From positions 1,760,001 to 1,824,000 of the forward strand of contig OZ245011.1 in the NCBI GenBank assembly GCA_965223665.1: 64,000 nt of DNA. The letters run 5' to 3'. Under the pieces are notes generated by a model. The model was not told the origin of the DNA, made no database searches, and worked only from the letters and a program-made list of their open reading frames with translations. This document shows positions 29,206 through 41,000 of this stretch, one piece after another. The translations under genes and the position numbers were made by a program. Every line of letters begins with the position of its first letter. Position 1 is the first letter of the stretch. Source of the stretch: Nitrospinaceae bacterium (lineage in GTDB: Bacteria; Nitrospinota; Nitrospinia; Nitrospinales; Nitrospinaceae).

Positions 29206-30786
29206 CTAATGCACCCTGGTTACAGAGCGAAAGAGAGGCAGCCGGATTTTAAATACACTGCCCTCTTCGCTACTTTCATATGTAATTTCTCCATGAATTT
29301 TATTAATATTCTTTTTCACAAGATAAAGCCCCAGACCGCTGCCAAAGGACTTGGATTGATGAAATCGTTTAAACATTTCAAAAACCTGATCCTTATATTT
29401 TTCCGGTATTCCCAGTCCATTGTCAGACACTTCAATATGAATCTCCTCATTGGATTCTGAAAATTCAATGTTCACAAACCGATGCTTTTTCTCCGGATCA
29501 GAAAATTTCACCCCATTGGAAATCAGATTTTCCAGTACCCGAGTCATAAGTTTTTGGGGAAGCCACATTCTTTGAAATTCGTTCTCCCGGATTCGCACCT
29601 CCACCTGATATTCCCGGATAAGAGTTGCTAAATTTTCTTTAACCGTTCCTACCAATAATTCCACATTAATTTCTCTATAAGGGTCACTTTCCCTGTCAAT
29701 TTTAGACGCATCGACAAGGTCATCGACTAATTTTTCCAGTTTGGTGGTGAGCTTATTGACTCGGTCAATATTGGTAGCTACTTCTCCGTAATTTTTTCCC
29801 TCCAAGTCCTCTTTCATAAAAGAGCTCAATCCGCGAATATTTATCAGAGGAGCTTTCAGATCATGCGAAGTACGGTAAGAAAACTCTTCCAATTCCTTGT
29901 TGGCTTGCAAAAGAGCTTTCTTGGTAACATCCAAAACTTGATAGGGATGAAGAATGATTTTCTTTCCAATGAGAAATAAAATGACAAAAGCAATTCCTGC
30001 CAAATACAATGTATTAATACTAAATTCGTTCAATAAGTTTCTTTTTTGTTCCAGAATGTTTTGGCGATCGGTAATTTGGGTAACTTCCAGGTTATAATCT
30101 TCAATGAGAATGCTTTCGGCATGAGGCTTCACGATACTTTCCACATGGGATCGAACATGGATGCCGTCTTTCGCGTAAGCCACGGCAAAGCTTAGATTAT
30201 TCTTTTTTACACTTGGAAAGATTTTTTCTGGCTCGGCATTGAACCGGGAAATCAAAATCCCCTCTTTTCCATTTCGATATCGTACCGGGACGGCCATTTC
30301 AAATTGCGGACGATCGTCCATGTAAACCAGATTTAGAATTTGATCTTCGCTGCCATCAATAATAGATCGTGCCCATTCGTAATTCTCATCTTCCCCCTCT
30401 GTGAGCAAAACCTTTCCTCGAACATCCAGAACGGTGAGCGTCGAATCTTCCCCTAACAATAAAACATTGGTGATGTAATCCTGAAATGCCGGGTTATCAG
30501 CGCTTCCCATTAATACCGCGCTCGCCACTAAAGGATGATTGGCAATATCTTCCAAAGCCAATTTCCGATTCCAAATGTATTGTTGAATTGTGGAGGCGAC
30601 CGTTTCCACCGCGGTACGGTCCGATTCATTGCGCAATTGATCAAATGTTTTGTCAACTTTTGGAATGAAAATCAGCAATATGGATATCAAAAATATTCCT
30701 ACCGAAACGGTAATAAACAGCATAAAAAACTGCAGCATGGAATATTTTTTATTTTGCGGTTTCAAATTTGTTTCACTCATTCTCAT
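29206..30786 (-). CDS. Membrane sensor histidine kinase with periplasmic (Cache-like) domain
   Basis: Two TMs, SHDLKAPL, DNGLGI, GSGLGL. Confidence 0.9.
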   Translation of the reverse strand: MRMSETNLKPQNKKYSMLQFFMLFITVSVGIFLISILLIFIPKVDKTFDQLRNESDRTAVETVASTIQQYIWNRKLALEDIANHPLVASAVLMGSADNPAFQDYITNVLLLGEDSTLTVLDVRGKVLLTEGEDENYEWARSIIDGSEDQILNLVYMDDRPQFEMAVPVRYRNGKEGILISRFNAEPEKIFPSVKKNNLSFAVAYAKDGIHVRSHVESIVKPHAESILIEDYNLEVTQITDRQNILEQKRNLLNEFSINTLYLAGIAFVILFLIGKKIILHPYQVLDVTKKALLQANKELEEFSYRTSHDLKAPLINIRGLSSFMKEDLEGKNYGEVATNIDRVNKLTTKLEKLVDDLVDASKIDRESDPYREINVELLVGTVKENLATLIREYQVEVRIRENEFQRMWLPQKLMTRVLENLISNGVKFSDPEKKHRFVNIEFSESNEEIHIEVSDNGLGIPEKYKDQVFEMFKRFHQSKSFGSGLGLYLVKKNINKIHGEITYESSEEGSVFKIRLPLFRSVTRVH

Positions 30787-32006
30787 TTTTTACTCAACAC
30801 GCGAATTTCATCTTTGGAACCGTAATGAGCCATACAGAGATCGTTAACATTCAATGCTTCATGGGCATCGAGATTAGACTGACTAAAAATACCAAAAGGG
30901 TTTTTATAAGTTTTAATTAAACCTTCTACGGGTTGATCCAGGTTTTCCAAGGCCGTTCGGACTTTTTGACGGTTCGATTCCATATCACTTGTCAATTTGA
31001 TTTTTTGCAGAGCACTGATAAGCAATTTGGTAATATCATAGCCGTGGATGAATCCCACCGGAGAGCGAATATCAATGGGATTCCTGATATGCTCAGGAAA
31101 GGTAAGTTTTGCTTTGGTAAATACATTTTTTCCAATCTTACTCTGAGGAGTTTTCATAAAGGAAAAACAAGATTGGATAAAAGACAGATCCACCTGTTTA
31201 CGCTTTTTGAAATTAATTTTTTTATGAAAATCACCCGCCGTGATTCCCCAATGGCTAATGACCGGTAAGCGGTGTTTCGGTTCCAGAGTTAACATGGACT
31301 CAATAATTTCTGCTCCTTCAATCGCATTCGCCACCAGCAGCAAACAGTCCGCGCCCCCTTGTGAAATATTTAGCAACATATTCCGCGCCGTATATTGTTT
31401 TAAGTTCCAATTAAATCGAGTGACTCCTGACAAGACACTCTTTTTATTCCTTAAAGCAATTTTCATATTTTTAAGATTGGAATCTCCCCATGAAGTATCC
31501 TCCAACAATAAATGTGGAGATTTGCAGGCTTTGACATTTAAAGCATAGTCGACCAAAACCCCACCGGCCATGGTATCGTCAACCGACAAACGAAATATCC
31601 AGTTATTCTGCGACGGATACCGCGTGATTGGCCCCCCCGCCGCCCAGGGCACCAAAGTGAGGGCTCGGTTCTCATTGATAAAGGTTCGGTTTTTTATCAA
31701 AGGAGGTGAATGAATTCCGGATATCACCGCCAGCGCCGTTGGGTCCTTCAAAAAAGTTTCGTAGTTTCCTAAACTCCGTATCACGTTACCGCTATGATTT
31801 TTTTTCACCAGTTCGATTCGATACCCCTGCACGCTATGATCAACTTCGCTCAACGCAGTTTGTACCCCACGCCAAATCGCCTCCGCAGATTCAATATGGT
31901 TCAACCAATCCGCATCGTGGTACAACCGAAGCACTTTGTCTTGAGCAACCGAATGGCTGGGAATCAAAAGCAATAATAAAATTAAAACAAAACGCATAGT
32001 CACCAA
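30783..32006 (-). CDS. Periplasmic binding protein, LivJ/type I family
   Basis: Signal peptide, GYRIELVKKNH.GN, SGIHSP, WIFRLSVDD, HGYD. Overlaps the downstream kinase gene. Confidence 0.85.
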   Translation of the reverse strand: MVTMRFVLILLLLLIPSHSVAQDKVLRLYHDADWLNHIESAEAIWRGVQTALSEVDHSVQGYRIELVKKNHSGNVIRSLGNYETFLKDPTALAVISGIHSPPLIKNRTFINENRALTLVPWAAGGPITRYPSQNNWIFRLSVDDTMAGGVLVDYALNVKACKSPHLLLEDTSWGDSNLKNMKIALRNKKSVLSGVTRFNWNLKQYTARNMLLNISQGGADCLLLVANAIEGAEIIESMLTLEPKHRLPVISHWGITAGDFHKKINFKKRKQVDLSFIQSCFSFMKTPQSKIGKNVFTKAKLTFPEHIRNPIDIRSPVGFIHGYDITKLLISALQKIKLTSDMESNRQKVRTALENLDQPVEGLIKTYKNPFGIFSQSNLDAHEALNVNDLCMAHYGSKDEIRVLSKK

Positions 32007-32020
32007 TTTCTATTTTTTCG

Positions 32021-34492
32021 TTAACAATTCTTTTTTAAATTTTCAGGGACCGGTAACACAATCTTAAACACACTTCCCTCCGGACTGCTATCCAGGGAAA
32101 TATCCCCTCCAATTTTATCAATGGTCTTTTTAACCAGATAAAGACCCAAGCCACTTCCAAATGCCCTCGACTGATGAAACCGTTTGAACATGCCAAATAC
32201 CTGGCTTCCATATTTATCGGGAATTCCTAAACCGTTGTCAGACACTTGAATTGTGTTGGACCCATTGGATTCTGCAAAATCTATTTTCACAAAACGGTTC
32301 TTTTTATCAGGGTCGGAGTATTTAACCGCATTGGAAACCAGGTTTTCTAATACACGCGTTATGAGTTTTTTCGGAAGCCACAGGTTAGGAGATCCGTTCC
32401 TCTGAACTTGCACTTCCACTCCGTTTTCATTAATAAAAGTTTCCAGGCCCTCCTTAATGGATTCAACTAAACCTTCAACATCGGTTTCTTCAAAGGAATC
32501 ATTTTCACGACCAATCTTTGATGCATCGACAATGTCATCAACCAATCCCTCTAACCGAGAAGTAAGTTTATTCACCCGATCAATATTGGTCGCAACTTCC
32601 TCATAGTTTCCACCTGCAAGGTCTTCCTTCATGAAAGAACTCAAACCGCGAATATTGATTAAGGGGGCTTTTAGATCATGCGAAGTGCGGTAAGTAAATT
32701 CCTCCAACTCGGAGTTAACCTCTCGAAGATCTTCGATCAGTCGATTTTGTTCTTTTTCCAATTGGGCCATATTGGTTAAATCCCGAATAATCCCTGTATA
32801 CATAATGCGGTCATCCAGATAAATTTTTCCTATGGCCAGGTTCATCGGAAATTCGGTTCCATCCTTTTTCAGGCCCAGCAAATCTCGAGTCACACCAATC
32901 ACCTCAGAACTTCCTTTACCTAACGATTTTTTCAAATAATCATCATGCTCGCTAAAATAAGGTTCCGGCATTAACATTTTCACATTCTTTCCCATCACTT
33001 CACCGGCCTGATACCCAAAAATAGATTCCGCGGCAAAATTGAATTGATTGATCAAACCCTCGGCGTCAATGGTAATGATCGCATCTACCGCGTTGTTCAG
33101 AATCGCTTCATTTTTATGCTGAATTTCATGGAGATCTACAGTCAGGCGGGATTGTTCCTTCTCCAAATTAATAACATTGGATATATCCCGAATAATCCCC
33201 GTATACATAATGCGGTCATCCAAATTAATTTTTCCTAGGGCCAGGTTCATCGGAAATTTGGTCCCATCCTTTTTCAGGCCCAGCAAATCTCGAGTCACAC
33301 CAATCACCTCAGAACTTCCTTTAGCCAATGATTTTTTCAAATAATCATCATGCTCGCTAAAATAAGGTTCCGGCATTAACATTTTTACATTCTTTCCAAT
33401 CACCTCATTAGACTGATATCCAAAAATAGATTCCGCGGCAAAATTGAATTGATTGATCAAACCCTCGGCGTCAATGGTAATGATCGCATCCACTGCGTTG
33501 TTCAGGATCGCTTCATTTTTATGCTGAATTTCATGGAGAGATAAAATCAGTTCCTCTCTTTCTTCATTGACTGTCCTGAGATTTTCTATCCCTACTTTTA
33601 TGTTTTTATTAAAATTCCTGTATTCCAAAACCAACCCCAAAAATGGAACGAAGTAAGCCAATATTTTTAAGAAATGAGCAATGTTAAAATGGTTATCAAA
33701 TAAGGCGGAAGAACCAAAAGCCATGTGTGCCTCCAGAATAATTCCGGGAATGAGCGCAACAAATAAGCCTGAGGTGAGCAGATTTGGAACTCTTTTGTAA
33801 AGATTCCAGAATACTGGAGCACTAATGATGGACAAACATAACGGAACCACGTCATATGGACGGGTAATAAAGGAATTTGGAAAAATCGTTATCGGTAAAT
33901 TCTCGTTGGTCGCACTAAAGGTGATTAAAAAATAAGCCAGACCGCTAAAAATTAAACTCACTAAAGTGATTTGCGAAATACCTGCCGGGGAATTTTCCGA
34001 TTTCAGCCTCAGACAAATTAAGGCACCGATTAAAAGAATAGTCGCATTGAATCCCCTGGCCAACGCCCAGGTAAAAGGAAGAAGCAAGTTATTATCAGCC
34101 ACCGAATCAATTAACCTCATTGCCGCCAGGGTATGAAACGCATCCATGGTTCCAGAGCAAAACAGAGCCACTCCAATAATGGGTGTAGTGGCGTCTTTAT
34201 TAATAGAAAAATAGGAAAAGGCCAGAAAAATGGTCAGGACCGCCACACTCACCGCGCTCCATTCCAGAAGCCCGTGTTCCAGGGCACCGGTCAAGGCATA
34301 AAACATCTCATCCTCTAGAGCCTCATAGGCAATCCCCCAGGAGGCAATTTCTTTAACATGGAACCCGTGTACTTCAGAACTAAAATCGTAACCCGCCAGG
34401 TTAAGCATAAAAGGCAGAACAGATAGCAATAAAACAATTGCAAAAAATGTTTTAGGAAATTGATAGGCTTTTAGTTTTCTCTTCATATTCAC
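32021..34492 (-). CDS. Multi-TM sensor - 2x FixL-type PAS - histidine kinase
   Basis: About 8 TMs (MDAFHTLAA, HFNIAHFLK), two near-identical PAS domains (MPEPYFSEHDDYL), SHDLKAPL. Confidence 0.92.
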   Translation of the reverse strand: MNMKRKLKAYQFPKTFFAIVLLLSVLPFMLNLAGYDFSSEVHGFHVKEIASWGIAYEALEDEMFYALTGALEHGLLEWSAVSVAVLTIFLAFSYFSINKDATTPIIGVALFCSGTMDAFHTLAAMRLIDSVADNNLLLPFTWALARGFNATILLIGALICLRLKSENSPAGISQITLVSLIFSGLAYFLITFSATNENLPITIFPNSFITRPYDVVPLCLSIISAPVFWNLYKRVPNLLTSGLFVALIPGIILEAHMAFGSSALFDNHFNIAHFLKILAYFVPFLGLVLEYRNFNKNIKVGIENLRTVNEEREELILSLHEIQHKNEAILNNAVDAIITIDAEGLINQFNFAAESIFGYQSNEVIGKNVKMLMPEPYFSEHDDYLKKSLAKGSSEVIGVTRDLLGLKKDGTKFPMNLALGKINLDDRIMYTGIIRDISNVINLEKEQSRLTVDLHEIQHKNEAILNNAVDAIITIDAEGLINQFNFAAESIFGYQAGEVMGKNVKMLMPEPYFSEHDDYLKKSLGKGSSEVIGVTRDLLGLKKDGTEFPMNLAIGKIYLDDRIMYTGIIRDLTNMAQLEKEQNRLIEDLREVNSELEEFTYRTSHDLKAPLINIRGLSSFMKEDLAGGNYEEVATNIDRVNKLTSRLEGLVDDIVDASKIGRENDSFEETDVEGLVESIKEGLETFINENGVEVQVQRNGSPNLWLPKKLITRVLENLVSNAVKYSDPDKKNRFVKIDFAESNGSNTIQVSDNGLGIPDKYGSQVFGMFKRFHQSRAFGSGLGLYLVKKTIDKIGGDISLDSSPEGSVFKIVLPVPENLKKNC
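32781..33539 (-). repeat. Intragenic tandem duplication of the PAS domain (405-bp period)
   Basis: 32781-33134 and 33186-33539 are nearly identical in nucleotide sequence. Confidence 0.92.
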
Positions 34493-35439
34493 AACATCGT
34501 CTCCACAATTTCAATACTTTTACTGACCATGTCGTAAACTTGTGAAGGAGTTTTCTTTTCGGGTAGGCTCGCTTCAATTTTCTGGTTTAGGCCCAGGGAG
34601 GATCGTAGCGTTTCTACGTCTGCCAATACATTGGTAAGGATTTCGATGACGTCATAGGGAATGATTCGGCTCTTTTTGCGGTCCCACAATTCCACATTCC
34701 CCGGAATGACATAATTCGGTTTTTCAGAAAGTTTTTTAAACTTCTCCATCAATTCATGAACCCGCTTATACACATCTCGCGGATGTTTTCCCCTGGAAGC
34801 GGTGACTGAGGCAATAGGTTGAGTAATTCCCTTTTTGGCCTGGATCTCCTGCAATTCTTCCTTAATGATATAAGCAATTTGAAATACATTGTTGGGTGTT
34901 ATATTCCGGCTGTCTATACCCAGAAGTATATTGTTGATTAAAGATAGGTTCTTATAGACATCACTCGATAAAGCATTGTCTGGCAAGGGGGAAGGATCCG
35001 GACCGTTTTGGATACCCATAGATTGTCGTAAATCCTTAATGCTGGAAAGAGTATTCGCCAAAAGTTGATAAACCTTTTCGGGATTGAGATCTTGTGTAAT
35101 TAATGAAGGAGTGACTTCCGTTCGTAATTTAAGTCTGGATCTAACGGTTTGGGTAGCAATATAAACTAACCGTGCCTTGTGCCAAACATGACGGGGAAGG
35201 AGATTATTAAAATATCTTTTATAGGGCCGGGCTCGTGTATTCTTTTTTTCCTGGATTAACTTGAGTTCGGCGAGAATATTTTCCGTAACCTGCAGATTCT
35301 TCCGAAGCTGCATCCGCTCTTCAGGAGTAAACTTTGATGCCCGGTTGGACAGATTACATCCCAAGGCAAATAAAACAAAAACCACTCCTAACAATAAAAG
35401 AAGTGGAAACGATTTGTACTTAAACTTTTTTGCAATCAA
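34489..35439 (-). CDS. Hypothetical helical-repeat lipoprotein, first gene of the kinase operon
   Basis: Lipobox ALGC and recurrent P-x-x-V-[YFW] motifs. 4-bp overlap with the kinase gene. Confidence 0.75.
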   Translation of the reverse strand: MIAKKFKYKSFPLLLLLGVVFVLFALGCNLSNRASKFTPEERMQLRKNLQVTENILAELKLIQEKKNTRARPYKRYFNNLLPRHVWHKARLVYIATQTVRSRLKLRTEVTPSLITQDLNPEKVYQLLANTLSSIKDLRQSMGIQNGPDPSPLPDNALSSDVYKNLSLINNILLGIDSRNITPNNVFQIAYIIKEELQEIQAKKGITQPIASVTASRGKHPRDVYKRVHELMEKFKKLSEKPNYVIPGNVELWDRKKSRIIPYDVIEILTNVLADVETLRSSLGLNQKIEASLPEKKTPSQVYDMVSKSIEIVETML

Positions 35440-36213
35440 TAGTTAACGTCTATTCGAGTTAAATGAGCAAGAACAAAGATCAGCAATTCATTTTGATAAC
35501 TTTAGTTTCGAACAAAATTAGTAAGGAATCCTAACTAGCTTGCCCTCAATTTTTATCATTCCCCTTCTTTTAGGCACAGACATTAGATTTACTAAGCATG
35601 TAAATTTTACCATATTGGAAATTCTGACCCAATAAAATAACGGTACAAGGATGTAATTCTTTAAAAACTTGCCTGAACTGAAATCGTGCGGTTCTATTTG
35701 CTTCCGAAATATTCGTGAAAACATCCGATTTATGAGGCTATTTACTCTTTCTCCTGAGGGCTGTTTTTGACCCATCTTTAAAATCTAACGCCTAATTTTA
35801 GGTATAAATAGTTAAAAATTACTGAAAAACACTTGGTTAGAGTTGATTCTAAAGGCTTTCTTTATTGTCTTTTTAAAAGGTTTGAGACCCGTGGTTCGAA
35901 ACACAACCGTTGAACAGGAAAGAAACGCTGGAGGTTGATTTTGAAGTCGAGAAACGATATTTTTGCAAACTCCATTATAGGTGGCATAAATACAAAACCT
36001 TTCAATTTCCTATCCTTTTCATTTCACAAATCAAAAGCATTTTTATCCCTTCACACCGATCTCGGGTTTCTATCACGCAATTCCTTGTATTTTATACTCA
36101 AAACTAACCACTAAAAAACTTTCGTGTATAAATCAAAAACTGTGATAGATTATGGTTGAACTTAATCCCGTATTATCGGGTGAGTTCAAGAACTGGGAGA
36201 TGGAAAGATTTCA

Positions 36214-37779
36214 ATGAAAACGCTAAAAGAGTTACTACATTCTATCAATGAAGATTCTAACGTTCGAGCCTTGATACAGTCTTCACCGATTTGCCATAAA
36301 ATTTTTGATCCGGAATACAATTTATGGTTCATGAGCAAGAGTGGTGTGGACGCATTAAAAATAAAAAACATCGAAGAGTTTTATGGCATTCCGTTTCCAA
36401 CAGAAGCGGCCCCTGAAAGCACTCGAGAAATTTTTAATAAAACCATGCGCCTTGCCTCCAAGGGAGAAACGAACACCATAGAGTATTCCTTCACCGTGGA
36501 TGGAAAAGAAATCTGGTACAGAACCACCATCACTCCATTTTTCTGTGATAACGGAAATGTTTGTTACATTAAAGCCGATTCCATGGATATTACCGAGAAC
36601 GTAATGAATCGGAAGGCCCTGGCAAAAGCCAAAGAAGCTGCTGAAAAAGCGAATCAAGCCAAATCCGATTTTTTATCCCATATGAGCCACGAACTCAGAA
36701 CTCCCTTAAACTCCATTGTTGGTTTTTCACAATTACTGGAAATGGATGCTGAATTCCTGACCCCGATTCAATTAAGAAATATCAGCAGGATTATGGATTC
36801 CGGGAATCATTTACTGCACCTCATCAATGAAATTCTTGATTTGTCTCAGGTGGAAGCAGGAAAGTCCAGCATGTCCATGGAGTCTGTTGCGATTGTGGAT
36901 TTATTAAAAGAAGTCATTTTATTAATGAACCCCATTGCAAAAGAAAATGGCATCAATATCCACCTGGAGCAAAAAGATAATTCACATGAATTCATTCTTG
37001 CGGATAAAACTCGCTTGAAGCAGGTCATCCTTAATTTAGTTTCCAATGCGATTAAGTATAATTCCAAAAACGGCAAAATTGATATCGCCATAGAAGATGC
37101 ACCGGAAAATCTTTTACGTGTGTCTATCACTGACACCGGAAGGGGAATCTCGGAAGAAAAACAAAAGGAATTGTTTAGTGCCTTTAACCGTCTGGGTGCT
37201 GAAAAATCTAAAGTTGATGGGACCGGAATCGGTTTATGTATCACCAAAAAACTGATTGAACTGATGGATGGAACTCTTGAGGTAAACAGCGCTTTAGGCC
37301 AAGGAAGTTGTTTTTATTTTGAACTTCCATTAGGCGAACCTCATACAGATGAAGACAAGACACAAAGTGTGGAAACACTCCCTGTAACGTTGATCAATCC
37401 TTCCGTTGAAAATAAATTCAGTATTCTTTATGTGGAAGACAATCCCCACCACCTGGAGTTAGTCAAGCAGGTTCTTTTAGCCAGAAATAACATTGACGTG
37501 TTTTCCGCTCCCGATGCCAGACTCGGAATCGATTTGGCCAAAGTCCATCAACCGGACCTTATTTTGATGGATATCAATCTACCGGGATTGAGCGGTATCG
37601 AGGCCTGTAAAATTTTGAGAAAAGATCCTAAAACTTCAAGAATACCGGTCATGGCCATCAGTGCCAACGCCATGGAAAAAGATATTCAGAAAATTGAAGA
37701 AGCCGGGTTTGTCGATTATTTAACCAAGCCCATCAAAGTAAGCCTGCTAATAGATAAAATCAGCGGCGTTTTAAAATAA
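36214..37779 (+). CDS. Cytoplasmic hybrid histidine kinase (PAS-like-HisKA-HATPase-REC)
   Basis: MSHELRTPLN, NAIKY, GTGIGL, LYVEDN, LMDINLPG. Confidence 0.92.
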   Translation: MKTLKELLHSINEDSNVRALIQSSPICHKIFDPEYNLWFMSKSGVDALKIKNIEEFYGIPFPTEAAPESTREIFNKTMRLASKGETNTIEYSFTVDGKEIWYRTTITPFFCDNGNVCYIKADSMDITENVMNRKALAKAKEAAEKANQAKSDFLSHMSHELRTPLNSIVGFSQLLEMDAEFLTPIQLRNISRIMDSGNHLLHLINEILDLSQVEAGKSSMSMESVAIVDLLKEVILLMNPIAKENGINIHLEQKDNSHEFILADKTRLKQVILNLVSNAIKYNSKNGKIDIAIEDAPENLLRVSITDTGRGISEEKQKELFSAFNRLGAEKSKVDGTGIGLCITKKLIELMDGTLEVNSALGQGSCFYFELPLGEPHTDEDKTQSVETLPVTLINPSVENKFSILYVEDNPHHLELVKQVLLARNNIDVFSAPDARLGIDLAKVHQPDLILMDINLPGLSGIEACKILRKDPKTSRIPVMAISANAMEKDIQKIEEAGFVDYLTKPIKVSLLIDKISGVLK

Positions 37780-37920
37780 CTCACCTGCCAAACTTAGCTT
37801 TCTTAAAAATTCCACCAAAGTTTAATCCCCTAACCTTCTCTTCAAAAACACAATTGCTATCATCGCCTCATCCGGCCTTGTTCTCAGAAACTCTTCTAAA
37901 CTCCTCCTTTCCTTGATAAA

Positions 37921-37986
37921 TTTTGGACCCTTCAGTCCAAAACTAAGAATAAAAGATCTCTTCGGAGTATCTATATAAATAGAGGG
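37921..37986 (+). promoter_or_regulatory. Shared operator + ECF-like promoter, copy 1
   Basis: TTTTGGAC-ccttca-GTCCAAAA, then GAATAAA-N15-ATCT-ATATAAATAGAGGG. Confidence 0.7.
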
Positions 37987-38064
37987 ATGTTTTCTTAAAA
38001 GTTTTTAAATGATTGAATGCTATTTGTAGTTTTTCAAAAAGCCATTCATTTGTGGGAGGGTATT

Positions 38065-41000
38065 ATGAATATTTCTACTTCAAACCAAATTATCACCCCT
38101 TCAAATTATTTTTTCCCTACCTGCAAGAATGAATCTGAAAAAGAAAAAGACCAAAACCCCGACTCGAAAAGAATTAATCTAAATTTTCCATCGACAGGGA
38201 AGAGGAGGAAAACAATCTTCCAAACAGTTTTATTTCGTTATGGGAGCTCGATAAAGTCATTTTACAATTCCGGATTTTTAAAAAATTTTTGCTTGGTGTT
38301 GACAATCACCTTATCTGCAATCCTTTTAGATTATTTTTATCCAAAATCAACCCTGGCCGCAGGATTGAAAGCCATAGACCCCGCTCAATGCGCTACTCCG
38401 GAAGAAGATCGGATACTAAGACCCAAACAAAAAAAAGGTAAAAAAATAACGGGGTTAATGGGCACTCCGTACAAAGTCCGACTCGGTACCGCCAGCGGAC
38501 AACATCAACTTGCTCTTACCGGTTGCGAAAGCATTGGGGCACCTTCCTCCGCCGGGCATGACTTTATTTTTTATGATCTCGACGGGGGCAAATTAGAAGA
38601 TGGCAACAAAATTGCCATTGTCGGTCCTCATGGTTGGTTAGTCGGCGTCACCAAAAACAAACAATTACGCGCAGATCGATTCGACGTAAATGAAGACACA
38701 ACTTTCATCATCAAAAGGTTGAAAGTCATCGAGGATATTTCACGGATAGGAATTTTTACCGAACTCAAAACTTATTTTTCGGCAGTCGATAAAGGGGGAG
38801 ACGCCATTATTGCTGCGGCCACTCAATTGGGACCTGAAGAAACTTTCAGCATAATGGACCTGGATGACATCTCCCTCGAAATGTCAGTGAAAGGTTTTCA
38901 AAAGGGAGTTAAAAGTGTAGGAGGTTTGGTGGCCAAAGCGGTGATGGAAAAATTATTTGGCAAGCCGGTGGCCGACAAATCCGAGGTTAAAGTCCTCCCG
39001 GAAGCCTGTGCCACGGAACTGGCAAAACAAAAGGTGAGTAAGGATACACAGAAGGAAGCTAAATCCGAACCCAAAACTCCTGAACAGAAAAAAAGCAAAT
39101 TTAAAAAAATCATGAGTTGGGTATGGGACAAAATAGATAAGGCACGTGCGTGCGAAACCATATCTTTTGCACTCCAAATTCCCGGCACTGATCTGGGGGC
39201 GGAAATGTTCTACACACGAGAAGACAAAAAATCTGTCCCCGTATGGCATGTAGCTCTCATGGCGGGTGATAAAACGTTAAATGAAAACCCATTGATCAAT
39301 GCCATCCCCAAATTAAAAAACTTGGTAGGGGATCCTAAGCTTAAAAGTTTAGTCATGGTATTTAGCGAAGAGAAAGGGATCAAGGATGTGACAGACCTCA
39401 GTGCACCTCTTCGAAAATATTTAAAGGACCACCATGAGGAAATTGAAATTCCGGAAATTTTCGAAGACACTTCCCATGATCTTCAAAAGGTTCGTTTTGA
39501 TCAAGGAGTCAACCTGTTTGCAGAAGTGGAGAGTGCTAAAAAAGGGGTTTTGGGAAAGGTAACAAATTTGGTACTGCCCAATGCCACTCAAAGTAATGAA
39601 CCCTGGAGAATAGACGGTGTGATCGGCGGCGCTTTCATGTGGAAACTACTCAACAAGGAATCGTCAAAATATAAAAAAGATCTTCCCATTGCTTACAAAG
39701 ATAAAAATCAATTCAAAATTGATTTATGGATTCCGGGCCACACGCCCTACCCTTTTAATTTTTTGAACCAACGCAATGCTTTCCACACAGAAGTCGTAAA
39801 AGCTCGCTTTGAAATCAGAGTCTCCAAAGATAAACAGGCCACCAAAGGAGAACAACCGGAAAAGACAGAATATGGTCTGGATTTGGAAATCGAAAGTTGG
39901 AATGAATATTGGTTACTGGGCAAGAGGTTTCCCATTAAAGTGGAAAGTCCTATTCATATCAAAAAGGATGATATCGAAGTTTATTTAAAAGGAGTTTACG
40001 AACCTAAAAAACACGAAGACCCTCTGGCATTCATTCCAGGGTTTCACGTGCGGAAGTTAGTTTTTGGAGGCGGTTTTGCCAAAAAAGAAATTCCAAAAAA
40101 AACTAAAGATACCAGTAAGAAATCCATTCTGAGTTTTCAGGTCGGTTCCCAAGTAGGGATCGAAGGATATCAGGAGGTCGCCACAGGATTTCAAATCGAT
40201 TTGGCAGCACAAGGTAAAAAAGTTTCTCTTGACGACATCCGTCTGCAAATTCAGGGAGATGAAGACGAAGGACGAATCCTGCTCGATAAATTACCGGTGT
40301 TAAAGAGCATTCCTTTGATCAATGAATGGGTATTGGAAAAAGGAACGTTAGGGTTCAAACCCACCGCCGGTATTCCGGATTTTTACATCACCGGTGGCGC
40401 CACCTGGACCCGGACCAATATGGGAAGCAAAATTGCCATTATGAAAAAGAAACTCAACGGAAAAGATGAATTTTTCCTCTTTTCCCGTGCCAATGATTTC
40501 AGTTTAGCCGGTCTGCTTCCGGCAAAAACTCCGGATGCAGTCAAAGGCATTTTCACTGCCCTTAAAATGCCACGTATGTTGCTTCTGTTGACCACGGCAA
40601 AAGGGAAAGATAAGAATGAAACCGGAGCGTTATCCATAGAGGATATGCCCAAACCTTTGGTTCCCCTGTTCGACGGGATTGTAAAGGAGGCTGATGAAAG
40701 CATACCCGTTTTTGGAGATGGGATTACATTAGTTTCGGCCCTGGATTTTTCTCAAGCTGAAGATAAACTAATGAAAAAAACCTTATCCACACTTGGCTTG
40801 GACAAACTGGGCACCAACGGGACAATTATGATAGCAGGAAGCGTTGGAGGATTATTGAACGGTGAATTGAGAATTGGCCTTGCGGCAAAACTGCCCACGT
40901 TCGAATTGCCCACAACCTTACCGGGAGGATTCAAAAATCCTCTGGGGTACTTAGTCGAATTTGATAAAGTTGCCTCGGATTTTTATTTAGATTTTAAAGC

